DNA from: Camelus dromedarius
Lineage: Eukaryota
DNA length: 64,000 bases
NCBI RefSeq assembly: GCF_036321535.1
Contig: NC_087462.1
Location: forward strand, 2,728,001 to 2,792,000
Direction: 5' to 3'
Under the pieces are notes generated by a model. It was not told where the DNA came from. It did no database searches and saw only the letters and a program-made list of their open reading frames with translations. Every line of letters begins with the position of its first letter. Positions within the stretch are counted from its first letter, which is position 1. Shown in pieces: positions 10,713 through 24,150 of the stretch. A program made the translations under genes and the position numbers.

Positions 10713-12674
10713 TTTTGAATTAAAATATGAGCTTACCAAAATATAATTTGCAATTGCTACACTGTTTAAACTTTTAAACAGAAATAGAACATCCAAGTGG
10801 TCAGATATGGTCAGATAGAAGAAAAAAAGGGGGGGAAGTGAATTAACTCAAATTCCATTTCTCGGCTTTTGAAATCACTATCATTGTTTATTTCGAACCT
10901 ACTGTTTAAACACAAGATCATGTAACATCAGAAGGGTTGGAAATGGGAAATGTGTCCAAAGAGAACTCAGAAGGTTTAGAATCATTAAGAACTAACTATC
11001 AAAATGAATGTGCATAGCTGAGTCTGTGTGTGTTGGGGCCAAACACATCGTTGACGGAATTCTCCCAAGTCCACTTCCATGTACAATACAATGTTTATTA
11101 AAGGATAAATAATAAAAATGTGCTAATTCAAAACTTCCAGTGGTTAAATGTCAACAGTAACCACAGCAATTGTTCAGACCAAGAGTGGACAGACCATGGC
11201 TTGCCAGCCGAATTCAACCCCGTGTCTATTTTTGTAGGCGCTAAGGAGGTTTGTTTGTTTGTTTTTTAAACTGTTCGGGGAAAAAATCCAAAGGAGAATA
11301 ATATTTCACATATGCAAAGGATAGAGGATTCACATTTCAGTGTCCGTAAACAGAGCTTTCCTGGCTCGGGGCCACATTCATTGACAAATTTTCTGTGGCA
11401 GCTTTCTTGCTGGGATCACAGCTGAGTAGTTGCCATCTGGCCCACAGAGCTGAATATATTTACTACCTGGCCCTTTATGGAAAAACTCTGCTGACCAATA
11501 ACAAATTAGGCCAATGAAATATTTCTTAGGGGGAGATTACTTTGACACTGACATTGTTCAGAATTTGTCTAGACACAGTGATAATAAAAAAGCAAATAAT
11601 ACAATTAGATTTATCATTTTTTGAATTCTCTATAGACAGTGGGCCCCTTTTTCACAGCACCTGGGGTGGACTGCTCCGCTCTCCCCGGCTGTAGTATGCC
11701 ACTTCCTACGTATTAGAGCTCACTGGACCTTTACTATTATCTGCATTTTGGAGAGGAAGAAGTAGAGGCACAGAAAGGCCAAGTAACTTGTCCAAAGTCA
11801 CACAGCTTGTGAGAGGAAGGGCTGGAATTGAATCTACAGAGCTGTAAGCACCATATCCCCACTGTCCTGGGTAACATGGCAAGGCCCCGCTGATTGCCAT
11901 GGGCACTGCCACCTGGGGTCCGCTCTGACTCACGGGGTGGGGGGGGCGGGGAGGCTCTAACTTGGTATCTGCCTGGAATTTCAACAACATCACTTACATG
12001 CTGCACAACCTTGGGCGAGAGCATCCCCTCCCCAAGCCTCAGTTTACTCATCTGCAAAACAGATATAACAAGGCTCTCGCCCCACTGGGTGTTTTGGGAT
12101 AGAATTTATTTCTGCACTTAGTGCAGTGCCTGGCACGGGGAGTGATCAGTAAATTTTAGCTGTGATTTTGATTAGATTGGGTGCTTAGACCTGGAAGCTG
12201 GGCCTAGGAGGAGTGGCCCTGTTTTTCTTGTAGAAGGGAAGTCCAAGAGAGTGGGGAGTTGAGCAGATTCAATGCACAAAGTGAGTTCTCCGTGCAGGTT
12301 TGCATGCAAATTGCATGCACAAAATAAACCTAATGAAAGGTAAGAAATGACTTCCTTTTCAATCCTCTTTTAAACCATCTGATTATGTCAAGAAGCACTC
12401 AAATTGGATGCTGCTGTGCTTTTAACACCTATTTGCTGATTTCTTCGTAACAGTCACCTAATCCAGGGCCTTCCACCAGCAGCAGTAGCTACTTAGAATT
12501 TAATGACATTGTTTATTTTCTTTCACATCTGTTTTAGGCACCTGATACGTTTTTTACATTTACCCTGGCGTTACAGTGTTTCCTTTTAAGATACATTTGT
12601 TGAAGAAGGAAAGTTCTGTACCATACGTCACTTATTTTCCTTCAACAAATTTATTTTAGAAAGACACCTGGTCA

Positions 12675-12795
12675 GGGAGGGTAGCTCAGTGGTAGAGCGT
12701 GTGCTTAGCATGCACGAGGTCCTGGGCTCAATCCCCAGGACCTCCATTAAAAAAAAATAAAAAGAGTAAACCTAATTACCTCTCCCCCACCAAAC
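12675..12795 (+). mobile_element. tRNA-derived SINE
   Basis: Close to tRNA-Ala(AGC) but followed by the SINE tail. Confidence 0.88.
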
Positions 12796-13754
12796 AAAAA
12801 GGGACACTTAGTAACACGGTAGTAAATTAGACCAGTATCAGATGCCCAGATTAGAAGGTAATTATAAAAACAAATGTAACATAAAAATAACTTATTAAAT
12901 TCTGTTGAAGGTTGTTGTTGATCTTTTAAGGATAGTCTAACCTGGAGATTCCACTGGTGATCCAAGAGTTCTGCGGTGTTCTTCCTGCACCAAGAAGGAA
13001 ATTCTGGGCTTAAACACATTCCTAGTGAGAAGAATCAGGGTGCGGGGCTTCGCTCACTCTTTCTCAGCGTGGCCAGTGTCACTCATGCGGGGATGGAGTT
13101 GCTCCCCACCTGGTGGGCTTTTCCATTGCGTACGTAGACAACGTGGTCCACAACTCCAACCAGACTCTGCTCCTGGTCAGAGTTTCCCTGGGATTAAACA
13201 TTAACCCCAGTGTTTGACCTGACAGGGGCTTCATCTTATGTAACCGTTAGATGAATCGTCACACTTTACAGATGGAGAAACAGAGTCTCAGAAGGGAGAA
13301 GTGACTTTGTGATGTCACAGTCAGGTTGATTGTAAGACTTTGGTCTCTTGGCACCCAGTCCAGACAGCAGCTGTGCGCAAAATGGGGAAGTTATGACTTG
13401 ATTGGAGATGAGGCTGACATCCCAATTTGTCTGCTAGCAGGTGTGTTTATCTTGAGATCTGAGGTGCACGCTGAGTTGTGTGGTTCACTCCACAAACATA
13501 TTTGGAGCCACTTCAGTGGTGGGTGGGCCATTCCTGGGGCCGGGGTATATCAGTGACCAGAATACACAGGTCCCCGCTCCCTGGTATAAACAGGCAACAT
13601 AGATAAGTAGGTTCCCCCAAAGGTGTTACATTGGATGTGACTAGGGTGGGGGTGACCCTGGCTGGGTGGTCAGGGCGGCTTCTTGGGAGGCATCTGTTGG
13701 GCTGAGACTGCCAAGCTTGGGTTTCATCACAGCTTTGAGAGGCATTAGGGGATA

Positions 13755-14640
13755 AGTTGTGTCCCCAGCCCCAAGTTCATGCTGGAGCCCTAACTCCCGG
13801 AGCTTCAGAATGTGACTGGATTGGGAGATGGGGTCTTCATTAAGGTGACCAATTAGAGTAGCCCTAGTCCATAAGACTGGTGTCCCTATAAAAACTCGGA
13901 CACAGAGATACAGGAAGAAGATGGTATTAAAAGGCAAAGATAGCAAGCTGAATGTCCATTGACAGATGACTGGATAAAGAAGATGTGGGGGGGGTGTGTG
14001 TGCGTNNNNNNNNNNNNNNNNNNNNNNNNNNNNNNNNNNNNNNNNNNNNNNNNNNNNNNNNNNNNNNNNNNNNNNNNNNNNNNNNNNNNNNNNNNNNNNN
14101 NNNNNNNNNNNNNNNNNNNNNNNNNNNNNNNNNTCATATGATATCACTTATATGTGAAATCTAAAAAGAGAGAGAGAGAGAAATGAACTTATTTATAAAA
14201 CAGAAACAGACTGAGACACAGAAAATAAACATGGTTACCAGGAGGGAAGGAGAGGGATGGAGAGAGAAATTGGGAGTTCCAGATTTGCAGATACACACTA
14301 CTGTATATAAAATAAACAAGGTCCTACTGTAGAGCACAGGGAACCATATTCAATATCTTGTAATAGCCTATAATGAAAAAGACTGTGAAAAGGAATATGT
14401 ATGTCTGTATAACTGAATCACCATGCTGTACACCAGAAATTGACACAACATTGTAAACCAACTATAGTTCAATTTTTTTTTAAAGGGATAAAAAGCAAGG
14501 AGAGAGGCCTCAGAAGGAACCGCCCTGCCAACCCCTGATCTCAGGCTTCCAGCCTCCTGCGCTGGGAGGGAATCCATTTCTGCTGTTTCAGGCCCCCAGT
14601 CTGTGGGACTTTGTTTCGGCAGCGACGGCAAACAGATTCA
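13755..14640 (+). mobile_element. MLT1-type MaLR LTR interrupted by a LINE-1 3' fragment (~13925-14480) that spans the N gap
   Basis: LTR halves (cagaatgtgact...gactggtgtccctata; gaggcctcagaaggaacc...gtctgtgggactttgtt) flank L1 sequence. Confidence 0.7.
14006..14133. other. Assembly gap (128 N)
   Basis: N run. Confidence 1.
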
Positions 14641-15107
14641 GAAGGTGAGGGACGGAGGATCAGGACAATTCAGGATCTGGAGACCTGGACACGCCTCCCG
14701 CACCCCTACCCTCGGGGCTCCTCCCCAGAATCCCCCCTGGTGGGGCCTGCAGAGACACCCCTCCCCCAAGCAGCCTCCTCCCCACCAGGGCGAGGAAGCT
14801 GGGGTGACCCCATCTGCAGTCAGGGAGGCCTCCTTCTCCTGGGGAGAGGGTCAGCCGTGACCCTTGGACCCACTGGCCATAAAACAATCACCGGGATGAG
14901 GTGAGGTGGCGGCTGGACGTGGAGGGGGGACGGGCCAGAAGGGTGTGGGTCCTGAGATCAGTGCTGGGGGCTGGCAAGATTTGCTGGCCTTGGCTCAGGG
15001 CCCTCAGGGGGCACTGCCCCAGAGGCCACCTGTTCTCCTGAAGCCGGGGGACCACCTTTCTTGGGTCGGCTGGCTAAGGGCAAGCCCCAGACACCAACTT
15101 GGAGAAC

Positions 15108-15182
15108 CCAATCTCCAGTACTTCCATTAAAAATAAAGAAAGAAATAAACCTAATTACCTCCCCTGCCCCGACAAAAAAGAA
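15108..15182 (+). mobile_element. 5'-truncated SINE
   Basis: Only the 3' half is present: CCAGTACTTCCATTAAAAATAAA...AAACCTAATTACCTCCCC. Confidence 0.75.
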
Positions 15183-16169
15183 ACTGAAAGAATGACTTCT
15201 CAGACATAAGGTCCTTCATGCTTTCGGAAGGGCAGAAGGTGCCCACCCCGGCCAAAGCCTCCTCCTGTGTGGCACTCAAACCTCCAGTCTTCTCAGCCCA
15301 CCCCGCGCCGCCCTCCCCCCACCCCAGGGCCCAGGGTCCCCAGGACTGCAGCCCGGAGGATTAGGTGCTAATCACCTGGCATTGCCCAAGAGGCGGATCA
15401 GAGTCCCCCTGTCCCCAGCTCCCGGCCTGCCCCTTCCACACCCATGTCACAAGGGTTTTACTCACTGCCTGGCCTGGCTGTACCCGAGGGAGGGTCCCGG
15501 GGAAGGAGGAGGAGGAGGGGGTGGAAGGAGAGGAGGGGGAGAAGGAGGAGGGGGACGAGGGAAAGGAGGGGGCGGAGCTGCTGCTCCCCCACCCCCTCCC
15601 CCTTCCCCCTGAAACCGACCTAAAGGGAAGTGTAGAGCCACCCCTCTGGTAAGCAGTCAAGGCAGAGGAGCAGTGATGTGGGGATCAGAGGCAAGTCCCC
15701 ATCTGGAGCAGGGGACATGGGCGTTGTCTTGACGGTGGCAACTCATGGAATGGCTCTGGTGAGTCATAAACACTTATTGGTCCCTCTGTCCTCCTGTGCA
15801 GAATGGGGACTGTCGTTATGACCAGACTTGTGCTGAGGCCAAAGGGCTGAGGCAGCCGGGAAGTGACAGCAGACGTCTGGCCTCCCGGATCCTGGGGACT
15901 GGAGCCTGACACGTTTCTTACAGACACATACACTGGTAATAATAGTAACAAGCATAAAGGCGGCCAGATTGGGGACCTGATGTGTGACTGTCCCTTCTGA
16001 GCACTCCACATGTTTTAATGGATCGAACCTCCCCAACGACTCAGTGAAGCAGGCTCTTTATCCCCTATTTTTCAGATAAAGAAACTGAGGCAGGAGGAGC
16101 AAAGTTATTTGCCCACAGTCACGCAGCCACAAGGGGCAGAGGCAGGATTTGAACCCAGATGCTGGTCTG

Positions 16170-17010
16170 CACCAGCCCCGTTCCACAGAAATATTGTGTC
16201 TCACTTTAAAGTTTCTAGTAGCTACACTGAAAAAGTACAAAGTAAAATGAAGTTTCCTCTTTATAACACATTTTTGTTAACCTCCACGATTGGATCGGTG
16301 AACCCAGGCTGTTGCCATTTCAGCGCACAGTCAAGGCCACAGTTTGAAAGCACTGTTTCACATTTCCCACGCTAAGTCCTGGGCTGGGCATCCAGTGTGC
16401 ACCCTGCAGGCGCAGCTCGTCTCGGTGTGGACACTCATTTTTCATCAGAGATCCTCCACCGGTATTTGCAGAGCTCAGAAAATTTACAGCAAAAATGTAG
16501 ATTCACATGCCCGACTTGTTCCATACGTACTCAAAAGTTGTCCATTAACTGACCTGAGTATCAATTTTCATTTTTATTTATTAAAAAAATTGTATTGAAG
16601 TATAGGTGATTTACAATATTGTGTTAGTTTCCAGTGTCCGACAAAATGATTCAGTTATACACACATGTATCTATTCTTTTTCAGACTATTTTCGATTATG
16701 GGCTATTACAAGACAGTGAAGAGTACCAATTTTAAGAATTTAAATTAATAAAAGTGAAGGACCTGCTGTAGAGCACAGGGAACTATATTCAATTTCTCAT
16801 AATAACATATAATGGAAAACAATCAGAAAAGAAACAATGTATATGTATGTATATGTGTAACTGAATCAGTTTGCTGTACGCCTGAAACTAACATTGTGAA
16901 TCAACCACACTGCAATAGAAGTGTCTTAAAAAATTAATAGAAGTGAAATAAAAGTTAAAATGCAGTTCCTCTGTCACAGTTCGAGTGCTCTGGCCCCCTA
17001 CCGGGCTGAT
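16170..17010. mobile_element. MER33/MER3-like hAT-Charlie element with two nested, oppositely oriented L1 3' ends (16590-16728 minus; 16760-16930 plus)
   Basis: Charlie-like termini; the plus L1 copy is bounded by TSD aaattaataaaagtgaa / aaattaatagaagtgaa. Confidence 0.6.
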
Positions 17011-17019
17011 CAGGTCCGA

Positions 17020-17250
17020 CCCTCAGAACCTGTGGGTTACAGGGAATGTTCTCTGAAAACAGCCAGGTGGTATATATTTTCGGCTCTGTGGGCCTTGGGT
17101 CTCTACCACGTCTACTCACCTCCACCGCCATTGTGGCCTGAAAGCGGCTGTAAACAATACACAAACGTGTTGATGGCTGTGTGCCAATAAAGCTTTATTT
17201 ATACAAACAAGCAGCGGGCTGGCATTTGCCCATGGGCTATAGTTTGTCAA
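17020..17250 (-). mobile_element. MER58A-like MITE
   Basis: Same family termini. Confidence 0.65.
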
Positions 17251-18171
17251 GAGTGCACTAAACTCCTGTTCTGTTCCTTCTGCAAGTATCGACTGGGCAG
17301 CTGCTGTGTTCCAAGCACGGTTCCAGGCACTGAGGTTACTGCACTGGGTAGGTCTTGTTCTGATGGTCTTCCCTGTTTTGCAGATGAATCCTACCTGCAG
17401 ACTGTCTAGCTCCCCACGCCACACCCCTTCCTCTCCCTGACTAGTTATGCCCCTGGACCAATGCTGATGTAGAAAAGGAGCAAAAGACATCTTGGTTGAG
17501 TGAAATAAGTAATGAATATTGCTATCCCCCAGCATGTGTCCCTCCGCCTGGAACGGAACTGTGACGCCATGAGTGTCTGTTGAATGAATGCACGCCGTGA
17601 TAAATTAACAAAATACATCGTGTGTCAGGTGATGGTAAGTTTCTATGAAGACACATAAATCGAGATAGGGGGTGGAGACAAGGGGAGGTTGTGATTTTAA
17701 AGAAGGCGGTCAGGGAGGGCTTCATGGAGGAGGTGAATTTGAGCAGCCATCTAAAGGTGAAAGAAGCCAGTACACTGGTCCAGCCAAGTGACAGTGGGGC
17801 TGACCAAGACAGTGGAAATGGAGTAGGCAAGGACTGGATGTATTTTGAAGACAGAGCAGTCAAGACTTGCTGACTAACTGTAATAAACATGTGCAAAGCC
17901 CACTGAAAGACAAACAAACGGACAAGAGAGAGGGAAGTAATGGAGGGAGAAGGGTGGCAGATACTCAGGAAGCAGTGAGAGCCAAAGAATGCCTTGGAAG
18001 TCAGAACAGTGGTTGCCTCTTCAGGGAGGGTAATGCCTGGAGTTCTGGAACATTCTATATCATGATCTGGAAGTTGCTTACACGGGATCTATATGTATAT
18101 GTGAAAATTCATCTACTTGTATTTTGCACTATGTATTGTACGCTTAATATCTGAGAGGATAATATTTTAAA

Positions 18172-18590
18172 TTTTTTAAAAATTTTTATTGAAGTATGGT
18201 TCATATATAATGTGTTAGTTTCAGGTGTGTAGCAAAGTGATTTAGTTATACTTATACATGCGTATTCTTTTCCAGATTCTTCTCCATTACAGGTTATTGC
18301 AAGGTATTTAATATCGCCCCCTGTGCTATACAGTAGGTCCTTGTTTATCTGTTTTGTATACAGTAGTGTGTTTTTGTTAATCCCAAGCTCCTAATTTATC
18401 CCTCCCCCCTGCCCCTTTCCCGTTTGGTAATCACAGTTTGCTTTCTGTCTGTGAGTCTATTTCTGGTTTGTAAATAAGTCCATTTGTATCATTTTATTTT
18501 TGCATTCCATATATAAGTGATATCATATGATATTTGTTTTCCTCTGTCTTACTTCACTTAATATGATAATATATAGGTCCGTATAATAAT
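18172..18590 (-). mobile_element. LINE-1 3'-end fragment
   Basis: ttttattgaagtatggtt...atataagtgatatcatatgatatttg. Confidence 0.8.
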
Positions 18591-19079
18591 TATTTTTAGT
18601 TTAAATATAATTTAACTTATTTTTTTATTTAAAAATTAAATAATAATAATTTTTTAATTAAAAAATTTATGCAGGCTCTTGGTGCAAACCAATGCTAATA
18701 GCACGCTGTAAGATTCAAGTGATTTAAGTGATTCAAGAGTATAAGTGATTCAATTATGGACCTTTGACAGCCAGATAAAACAAGGCAGAAACAACTCAAA
18801 GATACATGAGTAGGGGAGAACTATTTTGGCAAATTCAGAACTAGCCAAATGTTCCTGAGTATCCACCACGTCCTGAGTAGTGTCAAGAGAGATGAAGAGA
18901 CCTGCCTTCAAGGGGCTCAGTCTAGTTGTGGAAAGACAAGACAGACAGGCAGGGCCGATCAGCAAGTACCTAAGCAGAGTGTGTTAAACACTGATCTCTA
19001 TGAGCTACATTCAAATGTGAAGTTTGGGTGGAAGGGAGCTCTGTGGACAGAATCAATCAGAGGAGGTGAATAGTTAGTC

Positions 19080-19300
19080 TTTTGAAGCCAAAAAGGGAAT
19101 TCATTGGCTCACATCATTGCCATGTGTCTGAAGCCAAGGAGTGGACTTCAGGTATGGCTGAATCCAGGACTTCAGACCATGTTGTCAGAGATGGATTGCT
19201 CTCTGTCTGTTCTGCTGTATTCTGGATGTGCTTCATTCTCAGGCAGCTTCTCCCATCATGGGGTAACGATGGCCAGCAGCCCCCAATCTACACCCCTACA
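19080..19300 (-). mobile_element. MLT1J/K-like LTR fragment
   Basis: ggaattcattggctcac...cttcaggtatggctgaatccagg pattern. Confidence 0.5.
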
Positions 19301-20950
19301 GCACAGCATCCCCAGAATGCCCATTCTATAGACGTGGAAAGGGGAGATTTGGAGTGAAGTGACTTCCCAGGGTCCAACATAATATCCGTGAGGACTGAAG
19401 GTAGAGTTCAGACACAGGTCCATCTGGCTCCAGACCCTGAGTTCCTACCACTGAATCATACTGCCTCCTACGGACTGTCCCCAGGCTGCAGAGGAATATG
19501 GTAGCATTTTCCCCAATGTTGAGAGTTCTCTCATATGATTTTTTTCCAGTCTTTTCTGACTTTTAACTACCACTTGTCTGAGCTAAAATCTGGTACAGTA
19601 TGCAATCTCCAGTCACTAAAGATTCGGGAAGCAGTTCTTACGTGCCCTTAACTAAATGCTGGGATTTTATGGGTGGGAAACTTGTATGTTTAAGCATATG
19701 AGACTGAAAATCATAATTTCAAGGTGTTTTGTGTAGAACCCAGTGGCTTTTGGACAGCTTACCACTCAGTACACCTGGAACCCACATAGGGAAGAATTTT
19801 CCCTGGGCAAGATGTTAAGAGCTGATATGGATCTGGGCTGCAGTTCCTTCAGGTTCCACAGGAAAATGTAAATAGTCCCAAGAAAAGTGAGATACTCACC
19901 CACGTCAGTCATTCACATTTTAACTAGATCTAGTTATATCTAAGTGTCATCCGAGAAGGGAGATTTTTGCCCTGGGAGAAAAGCTAAAAACTAATCTTTG
20001 AGTTACAATGTCACAAGGAAATGTAAATGCTCTCCAGGAAAGGACTATATGTGCCTGCTATCAGTCATTCACACTTTAGTTGGAATTAGCTCAAAGTGCT
20101 TTGAGCACATTTTCCCTTTGTCCTGTCAGAAACCACCTGAGGTAACTTTAGCGATGGATTTAAGAAGAGGGATCAGTGAGAAAAGCAGGGATACAGTGAA
20201 CTGCCTCCTGGCAGGACTTGGCTAGAAATTATGGAAATGGTAGTGTTCACATTAGAACAAAGCAAAATAGTGGAAGGGACGCATCACCTTATTTAGGGAG
20301 TGTTACAGGGGAGGCATCTAGTCTCAGTGGGAATGCTGGAATGTGGGGACCCAGGTGGACCCATTTACTTTTGTAGGAGAGGGAACTCCTAAACACTAAC
20401 TTTAATACAAGGTGAGCTTGTATTAGAAAACTTGGGAACCTACAGAGAAGGTATGCTTTGCATTTAATGTGTATTGTTTTATTCTTTTTTTTTTTAAAGT
20501 TAAATTGTATTTCTTTGTTTGGAATGTGTGCAACAGGCACATGGCTCAAAATTCCAAAAGTGTAAATAACTGTGCAGGAAAAAGCCTTCGTCCTCCTCAA
20601 GGCCAGCTCCCGGCTCCCCACCCCAGAAATATTCTAGGAATACACAAGAAATTAATACATACATTCGTTTTTCCTTTTGTCACACACAGACAGTATCCTG
20701 TGTTTTGCACCTTCAGTTTTTTACTTAAATGGTGCACTTTCAACGTAGAAGTTATTGTCTTCAAGGGGAGTGAACACTAATTCTTAGGAGGTGAACAGAT
20801 CTAACCCTTTTAATGTATAAAGCACAGATATACATACAGTACGCAAGCATATATGTAGTATATACTTGATATTGCAATTCTCTGGGAGAGCAGTTAGAAA
20901 AAATGTCTTCAAAGGCTCCTTGTGGGAGGTGAGCATTAAAAAAAAGTTGA

Positions 20951-21090
20951 GGGGGAGGGTACAGCTCAGTGGTAGAGTGCTTGCTAGCATGCACAAGATC
21001 CTGGGTTCAATCCCCAGTACCGCCATTAAAAACAAACAAACAAACAAACAAACCTAATTACCCCTCCCGAAAATAAAAATAAATTTTAAA
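20951..21090 (+). mobile_element. tRNA-derived SINE
   Basis: Family head and tail; aagttgag TSD. Confidence 0.88.
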
Positions 21091-21129
21091 AAAATTTTAA
21101 GAAGTTGAGAAACACTGATATAACTATAT

Positions 21130-22100
21130 ATTTTCAATATTATCCCATCTCAGTACATAAAGAATAATCCTCATTCATTTCACAGCTACATAATATTCCA
21201 TCGTGATAATGAATCGGACTTTATTAATCAGTCTCCTGTTGAGGGGTATTTTGGTTATTTCTAATGTTTTAGTAAATGTATTATATACATGGTTGTTCAT
21301 TATATATTTTGTGTGCTTTTTATTGAGGCAGAATTAATTCACAATAATGCACAGGTCCTAGGTGTGTTCAATTTGATGAGTTTTGATGATTCTGTACAAT
21401 CATGTAACCATGATTGAAAATAAGATATAGACTATTTTCACCACCCGAGAAAGTTCCTTCATGTTCCTGTCCACTTAATTCCCCACTCTATTCCAGGCAA
21501 CCACTTTCTATCACCAAGAATTACTTTCTGTATGACTGAAATATTATGCTGTACTCCAGAAACTGACACAACATTTTAAACTGATCATACGTCAATAAAA
21601 AATTTTTTTGAAGAGTTACTTTCACTTCTTCCTTGGGTTTTATATAAATGGAATCATACACTGTGTATTCTTTTTTGTCAGATTTCTTTTGTCACAATGC
21701 GTTTGAGATTCATCCGTGTTGTGGTAGCTTGCTCCTTTTTATGGCTGAGTAGTATTGTGTCTTATGGAAATACCAGTCTGTTTATCCATTCCCCTGTTGT
21801 TGGATATTTGAATTGTTTCCAGTTCTGGGCAATTATGAGTAAGACTGCTATGAACATTTGTACAATTCTTTTTGTGAACATATATTTACGTTTCTCTTAG
21901 GTAAATACACAGGAGTGAAATTGCTAAATCATACGGTAAGTACATGTTTATAAGAGGTTGCCCAATTTTCCAAAGTTTCCCAAAGTGTTTGGATCATTTT
22001 GATTCCCACTAACAATGGATGAGCCTTCCAGTTGCTTTATATCTTCCACCAACATCTGATATTGTCTTTTTTATTGTAGTCATTCTAGCGAACATCTTTA
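21130..22100 (-). mobile_element. Old LINE-1 (L1M) 3' fragments with a small nested L1 tail
   Basis: gtttatccattcccctgttgttggatatttgaattgtttccagttctgggcaattatg... Confidence 0.7.
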
Positions 22101-23209
22101 TAAGCGTTTTCATATGTCAGAAGTGTTTCAGTATGAATTAAGCAAAAATTCAAAGCAAAACTCACCTACACAATTATGTTTGGGAAATGCTACAAACTCT
22201 GTCTCCTCCAAGAGTATTACAGAGAAGTGTACATAAAGGCTCTGATAAGTCCTGTAAAGCTGTTTATTAGCACAGTTGGTCCTCAATCTTGTTTGACCAC
22301 GACGTCCTCTCGTGTTGTGTCTCACGCTTAAACACATTGGTGGCATTTATTGTGGGAATTTTACTTTAGATTCCAACTAAGCATTGCTTCGAGGCATGTG
22401 GTTGTGTCCAGGAAATTAGATCATATGATGTCAAGGGCATTAAAAGTCCTCTTGTCCCTCAAATGCTTGTCCTTATCCTACTTTTTCAGATCTCTCTTTA
22501 CTGGGGGCATTTAAAAGCCTTCTAAAGTTCATAATTATAAAATTACAAAAAAACAAACAAATATCCTGCAGGGGGGACTATGGGGTCTAAATCTACACGA
22601 AGGTGTAAATGAGCAATGCCAGGTCCTTTCCTCTGGCAGATTTTGGGTAGAGGAGGAAGAAGAGTGCTATGTCAAGGACACTGGGGCTCTTGAGAGTCAT
22701 TCATGGGGGTAAGAAAGAGGCAATGACAAGTCCAGATGTCAAACTTCACCTACTTTCTACACCAGGAGAGACTGTGCCTCCACAGCAAAGGCTGAATAAA
22801 TATTATGACAGGGCTTGCTAAAGCCAAACCAAACCTCACAAATCCCTTCAAAGTCCAGCACAGAGTTAAAAAGGAAATAAAAGAGCTCCAAAGGCTGAGG
22901 GTGAGAATGGCACCAGCACCCAGAGGTGGGCAGGTACCGTAAGGCAGGGTCTCTCGCGCTAGGCACTGTGACACCAGGGCTGGGCATGCTCCTTGGGGGC
23001 CCAACCTGGGCACTGTGGGATGTGGGGCGGCGCCCCTGGCCCCCACTCACTTCGTGCCAGGAGCACCCCCAGTTGCGATAATCACGGATGCCACTGTCAG
23101 ATAAGAGAACCACAGCAGGCGCGGTACAGAGTAGGTCTTCATTAAATGTTGTTGCACGAATACACAATAACTGGTCCACGGAGAAACATACACCAGGATG
23201 TGAATTTCT

Positions 23210-23465
23210 TTTTTTTAATTGAAGTATGGTCAGTTACAATGTGACAGTTACAATGTGTCCATTTCTGGTGTACAGCATAATGTTTCAGTCACACATATGC
23301 AGACATATCTTTATTTTCATATACTTCTTCATTATACGTTACTACAGGATATTGAATATAGTTCCCTGTGCTCTGCAGAAGAAATATGGTTTTTATCTAT
23401 GTCATACATTGTAGTTAATATTTGGAAATTTTGAACTCCCAATTTATCCCTTCCCACCTCCTCTC
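23210..23465 (-). mobile_element. LINE-1 3'-end fragment
   Basis: Same 3'UTR motif on the minus strand. Confidence 0.8.
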
Positions 23466-24045
23466 CCCACCAGGATGTGAATTACTTGCGAGCAAGGAGC
23501 GGGTCTGAGTTGCATGTACACCTAGCACCTAGCATCATGCCTGGCGCACAGAAAGCCTGATTTAGTCATGCATTCACGCAGCTCCCAACAGCTTCCTGTT
23601 GTACTGAGTATAAGCCAAACTCCTTCCCACAGAATGCAAGGCCCTGCATGACCTGCCCTCGTCCCCTCCTTCCCTCACCTGCTCCCTCTCTCCCCCTCAC
23701 TCAGTCTGTTCTAGGTGCATGGGCCCCCTCACTGTTCATCCAGCATGCCAGGCACTGCCTTGCCCCAGGGCCTTAGCACACGCAGTTTCCTTGACTTGAA
23801 ATACCTTTCCCAGTGGCTGGCTCCTTCTCATCATTCAGAACTGTACTTAAATGTCACCTTCTAGAAGAAGCCTTTGCCAGCCCTCTCTTTGCCCTTTTCT
23901 GTGGCTACATTTAGTTTCTTAGTAGCATTTGCCCATTTACCAGTTTTCTGATGTGTTTATGCATTTATGGTCTAGCTCATCTGTTGCCTTATCTGCAGTG
24001 TCTAAAATAGTGGTTGGCACACAAGAGGTGTTCATTGAGTAAGCA

Positions 24046-24150
24046 TATATATATATATATATCTGTATTTTGCTTCCATTTTTGTGTGTGTGTGTGTGTG
24101 ATTTGGGGGGGGGGGGGAGGTATTAGGTTTATTTATTTATTTATTTATTT
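24046..24150. repeat. Compound (AT)n/(TG)n/G-run/(ATTT)n simple repeat at a SINE tail
   Basis: Read directly. Confidence 0.85.

Noticed and set aside
9960-11190. AT-rich unassigned stretch as a possible gene or ncRNA
   Set aside because: No ORF, splice pattern or structure that I can support; probably old transposon debris.
13104-13117. Third CTCF-like motif (CCACCAGGTGGGG on the minus strand)
   Set aside because: It lacks the conserved GGC end, so it is too weak to call without data.
13641-14147. ORFs containing X runs (also 40491-40793)
   Set aside because: Artefacts of reading through N gaps inside L1/LTR sequence.
15365-15660. Glu/Gly-rich ORFs
   Set aside because: Translation of a purine-rich low-complexity tract, with no splice or start context.
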